DNA from: Tubulanus polymorphus
Lineage: Eukaryota; Animalia; Nemertea
Reading direction: 5' to 3'
DNA length: 64,000 nucleotides
NCBI RefSeq assembly: GCF_964204645.1
Contig: NC_134028.1
Coordinates: 1,984,001 to 2,048,000 of the forward strand
Shown one piece after another: positions 59,001 to 64,000 of this stretch (the stretch's first letter is position 1; each line of letters starts with the position of its first letter). The translations under genes were made by a program, and so were the position numbers. A model generated the notes under the pieces. The model was not told the origin of the DNA, ran no database searches, and saw nothing but the letters and a program-made list of their open reading frames with translations.

Positions 59001-62000
59001 CGTCTTTACTGTACATTCCGACCGCTACTTTAGTCGGATTTCCTTCGCTATCTTCCTCGAATTTCAACGCAGCCATACTGTCGAATAACTTCGTCAAATG
59101 ACGAGCCACCTAAATAAATAAACAGAATATCCCTGGTTATCAAAGTAGTATCAACGTATATCTCAACATCGAAATGTCAATACCACCGGTATTTGCGATA
59201 ATTTGTTATTGAATTTTACACGTAGGTACAGCTGGGTACGGCTTCATAATCCCGATGACATCTATATACATGCAGAAAGTATCTAGACTCATGCAAAAGT
59301 TGCTATAAATGTTTCCGAAAATGTTCTCATGTGTGTGTGATACCATGGTACAATTCATGCATCATAAAACATTTTACACGGAAAAATATCGGTGCTTATT
59401 CTCTTTATGTTCGATGAATTTCTAGTGCGCGACACATAGATATATATTGCACATGCGTTTATATCGTGTTGATAATTTACTCACCGAGCCGTGTGATTTT
59501 GACTGATTTTTGAGAGAAATATATAAACTGCAGGCGCAAGCAAATATTCTACTGAGGTCAGAGATTTGAGAGGGGCAGGCTGCATATATTCGTACGTTAC
59601 GGAAAACTTTTCTGTCAATTCCGTGCATTTTTTGTAAAGTTTTTCAGGGCAGAAAGAAGTGAAGGTTTTGATTACTGGAAAGATGATCTCTCTACAAATG
59701 TGCACTTATTGCATCGTAACAATAACAATACTTCAAATATCGCTCGTCCGTCCAGATTTTATAAAACCATTGACGCATCACTTACTTGGTCCGGTTGGTT
59801 TCCGTTCGACAGAATATCGAGCAAATCGGCGGCCGAAACGAAATAGAATCTCGGGAACGCGAGACGTTTAGTTTCGAGGTATTCGGCCAACGCTTTCTCA
59901 CACAGTACTAACTGCGATTGTACGGCTTCTAATCTGTCGTACAGGTTCGGTTTGTTTGTGGCGTCGACGACATTCGTAGTTTTTTCAACTTCGCTGACGA
60001 GTTCCTGAATAAACACACAACCAAACCAATTAACATCTTACATTCATCCATACAGTGAACACTTGTGGGACCGAGCGAAAAGTGTGACTCAAAATTCACT
60101 ACAGGGAGGGTCTGGTCTCGTACGACAACACCGAGACAACACCTAGTATTCTCCTCTGAATCCCCGACAATGAAGCACAAAGCACAAATGGCGTTTATTA
60201 AGGGAGGTTTAACTGTATCTCTTGATTTTTGAATAACAATCCAGTTCCACAATCTGGGATGAACAATGAATTTCAGTTCTCTAGATCAAAAAGCAGATCC
60301 GGATCCAGATTACGATATATCGTTACTAACCTTGAAATCATTATCGATATTATCGAATCGTTTCGAATCTTCTGGCAGCTGATTTCGGATATCCTCGGAA
60401 CCGATGAAAATACTCTCCAGATGGGACCACGTTCGTTGTACTTCGAACCAGATCGTGATCACTTGATCGGCCGTCGACAGTTTCTTCTGCCAGTCGGTAA
60501 CTTCTTCGAGGAAATGCGCGATGAATTTCGACGTCAACATGTTTTGCAGTTGTACCTGAAGCAAATTTTACACAAGGGTTAGAAATAATCAAAACGTCGT
60601 AGTGGTTATAACTGAATTGTGCCTGGATCCAGTTCCACAGTTCTGAGTTAGAGTTAAAATTACATTTTCAACTCACGACTGTGGAACTGGGCCCAGGTGT
60701 CTTTATAGAACTAACCTGGTTATCCTCTAGAGTTTCAATCAACTCTTCACTCGTCCTCAGCAACGTGATTTGAGTTCGCGGATGTTTGTCGTGTTCGAAT
60801 TCCATCGTAGCCCACGTGACGTCCAACTCTTTCAGTACTTTCTCCATGCTCATCTCTTTAACGGCCTTGTCGACGATGTTTCGTACTTCTTCTTCGTATT
60901 CGTGCAGATTCAGCGACAACAGATCGGCGAGCGTCGTGTCGTCGTCCATCGAGAATCGCACCTACCGGATACACACACAAACATTCATAGTTACAATACT
61001 GAATATTGTTTACTGGATAGTTACAAGCATGCTAGTCGCTAGTCTGAATGCGGGACTTATAATTCAAACGGTGACACAGATTTATAACTCATTCATTCAG
61101 TACAAACAAGATGAAATTCAATTCACAGTGAAATGATGATATGAATTGTGTCAAGTCATTCAATAACAACATGAAACGAGTGGTGTATACAGTGAAAAAA
61201 GGTTTCAAACCAGTTCACGTGACGCAGTGATCCGAAAATACGATTGCGTATATTTTTCGTCGATCGGGAAAATCCTTTGTACATGTCGACAATTCTCATG
61301 AGAATGAGAAACTGAATGAGATTTCATGCCATAAACAAGTGCTGTTATATAAAACATACCTGTCGATCTACAGCCTTCAGTGTTAATTAATAAACATAAC
61401 AAGATCATCGATTATTTATCGCGGAAAATAAACGAACGAATAACACTTTGAAATTAAAAATTTTGTTCCAAAGAAAACAAAACAGTATTTCTTAAAGAAG
61501 AAATTTACCCCAGCTGATCTTGCCTGTTGAGAAAAATATTGACCGATGAATTTCTCGGAATCTCAATTCAAAATACGCCGGTTATAATATAACGCAGTAA
61601 CTCACCCCTGTAGCTTGCATCAGTTGTTGCCAATGTCTGTCTCTGATTGCCGGATTCTGTAACTCTCCGACGGCTCGTAACGACGTCAACATGTTTTTAA
61701 CGGTGCTCTCGACGCCCGTGTACGTATCCCACGCTCGCATTTCTTTATCCAACGTGCGAATGTCCTTCGCGAATTTCTTACAGTCCATTTCCATTTGTTC
61801 GACGTTGATTTCCATCCATTGCGTTTTCTTCCAGTCGTCGATACACGTACGCACGATGAACACGTAATCCCACAGCGTTTTCAACATTTTGATTTCTTTG
61901 CGACATTGTTTCAGCTGTTTGAAGTCGGGTACGTTCACCTCGAACAGACTGGCCGATTCGAGTAACGCGGCCATCTCGCGTTCCATCGACATGATCGCTC

Positions 62001-63697
62001 GGTGATTCGAGTCCAGTTGCTCGTACGGGTTTTCGCACGTGTAAAAGAACGGACCGATCGATCGGTATTTTTCGCGGAATTCGATTTGACGCACGTCGAA
62101 GTTCGCCGACTTTCGTCGAATGTTCGACACCTCCGATGTTTGTAGTGGCGCCACCTGCTGTTTGGTTGTGATACCGATCTTTTTTGTGTTGTTCCATTGC
62201 TCCGGCAGTTCCTAAACAACATAAACATTACAAGTTCATACACTATTCATGTATATATGATTATTCTGACAGACCAAGGTGCTGCGTAGGCTTTTATAGC
62301 CAAGTGAATTCTCTTCAACCAATGAAATTGCAGGATTGTCAGAGTATTTCACATGAAGTTTTATGCAATGGTGCGCGGTCTGTTGAAAATCTGTTATCAT
62401 TTCTTCATTCTCCACACAAATCACTACTTGGTTTAAGCCTTTAAACTCCCAGTAGACTATATTGTGTATAAAAGAACTGTATTCACCAAAGCGACAAGTA
62501 GAAAGACCAGTTCAAGGCTTAATAGTGATCTGCATGAGAAACTTAGCTGTACAGATAACAACTCAGAATAGAACGCAGGCCTACAGAAAATCAATGTATT
62601 ACCCCAAACAAGCGGTTACAAAACGTTCAAAGCCTTAGCAGTGAAAATAAATCAATATCTTTTCTTACCTGTAGCTGAAGATGAACTTCTTCGGGCATTT
62701 CCTGTTCGTAAGTCTTCAGAAGTTCGATCGTCTGTTTCAAAGGTTCGAACATTTCGTCGGTGGTCGCTTGGCGATCTTTAACGGCCATAAGATGACCCAT
62801 GACGGCGACGAGTTCGTCGTATTCGCCCTCCTCGATATGAGCCGTTAAACCCTTATCAGCTGTCTTAATGAATTCACCCAGTTCATTCAAACTGAAACAC
62901 GAACATAGAACATAATTTCATCCATCTTGACGCGAAATGCAGCCCTGGTAAGTGAATATAACGTACCTATTAGTGACGTGATCGATGAGATGTTGTTTGA
63001 ACATGAAACTCCAACGTTTGATGATGTTCAGTAACGCTTGTTTGAACGGTTTCGAATCGACTTGGAACCATGATTCGAACAAAGTCATATATTCCAACGT
63101 TTCGACTTCCTCGTAGATCTTCTCGTACGCGTCGATCTGAATTTCAATGAGAAAAAAACATGATAAATATGTAGGTGGCTTATTGAAGAATGATGTGGGT
63201 GAACTGAAGCCAAACATCGTAATACGACAAGAGCAGACGGAACCAGTTTCAATACGAAGGTAGGAAGTCTTAGAATTTGACTCAAGTAGCCAACATTGTG
63301 GCTATAAAGACAAAATATTAGATTGGTTTTACCAGTAAATTGAAACCTGACTAAGCTATTGCTGAAGTAACTAAGGGGATTCTTCAGTTTGAATTCAAAG
63401 TGGTCTCTGAAGAAGGTAGGGTAGTGAAGATGAAATAATTACCTGTTCTTTGAATTGTTCGAGTGTTGGAGGTGATTCAGGAACCCCGTCCTCGGCGTGA
63501 GCCTCTATTTCTTCGGTCGTTAATACGTGGTTATACAACAAGAATTGACGCATGAATTCGTTTCGATCGTCGACCCACAAATACGCGTAATTATCAAACG
63601 AGTTTCTATATTCGCACGCTTTGTTCATCACGTTCTGAACGCGATCCATTAATTCTTGTCTCATTTCGGAGAGATCGTCCATCTCTTCTAAATCGGG
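44045..63697 (-). CDS. DNAH9: Axonemal outer-arm dynein beta-type heavy chain (DNAH9/11/17 group), 3' portion; 5' exons lie beyond window end
   Basis: Linker, four P-loops ([32 protein letters not shown]), stalk/MTBD ([15 protein letters not shown]), C-terminus [41 protein letters not shown]; exact vertebrate orthologue not resolvable by eye. Confidence 0.93.
46745..47060 (-). mobile_element. Degraded 3' fragment of an L2/CR1-group LINE in a dynein intron
   Basis: Minus strand encodes [28 protein letters not shown], resembling the L2-type ORF2 C-terminus, followed by GGCGCTATACGAAT and a (ATCCT)n tail. Confidence 0.55.
57287..57349. repeat. 21-bp minisatellite x3
   Basis: AACTAATAGTCATCAAACTAT three perfect copies in a dynein intron. 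Confidence 0.9.
57391..57525. mobile_element. Palindromic MITE (GGGGCCAGTTGC termini)
   Basis: CCAGGGGCCAGTTGCTCAAAAGTTGGTTA ... TAACCAACTTTTGAGCAACCGGCCCCTGG. Confidence 0.75.
60622..60696. mobile_element. Very short hairpin MITE (GGATCCAGTTCCACAG family)
   Basis: CCTGGATCCAGTTCCACAGTTCTGAGTT ... AACTCACGACTGTGGAACTGGGCCCAGG; related ends at ~49748 and ~38517-38631. Confidence 0.6.
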
Positions 63698-64000
63698 CTG
63701 AAATGGACGCAACATGTAATGAAGCAACGGAAAACGAACAGCAACAAGTTTCAGTGAAGAAAAACAAACGACATAAAGAGTTTTGAAAATAGCTCGTGGA
63801 ATTGAGTCAAAACGTCAAATACACTTGAAGTTTTTTTTCATATTGTGGATTTTCTTCAATTGAATTAAACGTTCACTTTTTCACTGAAACCAACTTTCAT
63901 TGAGATTGTCACTAATATTCCAACATTGATCAATGCGATCCTTGGACACAATTCAGTTCTACACTTGTGAGTTACGTTACAGTCTCAATTTTTGCTCGAG

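Noticed and set aside
44051-61136. Numerous plus-strand ORFs antisense to dynein exons
   Set aside because: Shadow ORFs caused by codon bias of long GC-richer exons; no independent gene signals

Overview
Compact, AT-rich, intron-dense metazoan genomic DNA (invertebrate; a marine lophotrochozoan-like genome is inferred, not shown). Genes reconstructed by hand from splice sites and translation: 5' part of dynactin p25 (DCTN5, -), a BCAP/BANK1/Dof-like TIR-DBB-ankyrin adaptor (+), an SLC16/MCT-like MFS transporter (+), a secreted S1A serine protease (+), a galaxin-like di-cysteine repeat protein (+), two tandem paralogues of a microexon-built, Cys-rich secreted protein missed by the ORF track (-), a large GPI-anchored otoancorin/stereocilin/mesothelin-like protein with two tandem modules (+), isovaleryl-CoA dehydrogenase (IVD, -), NAT9 (+) and the 3' part of an outer-arm beta-type axonemal dynein heavy chain (-). 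Introns carry many small MITEs, a LINE remnant and hammerhead-like cores. The top observation is in IVD: the 94-nt exon encoding the catalytic Glu and an adjacent pocket-lining helix is present as three intact, diverged tandem copies that can only be used mutually exclusively, with a candidate docking/selector RNA duplex nearby. The second is the recently duplicated Cys-rich secreted protein pair with 11-nt microexons and substitutions concentrated in inter-cysteine loops.
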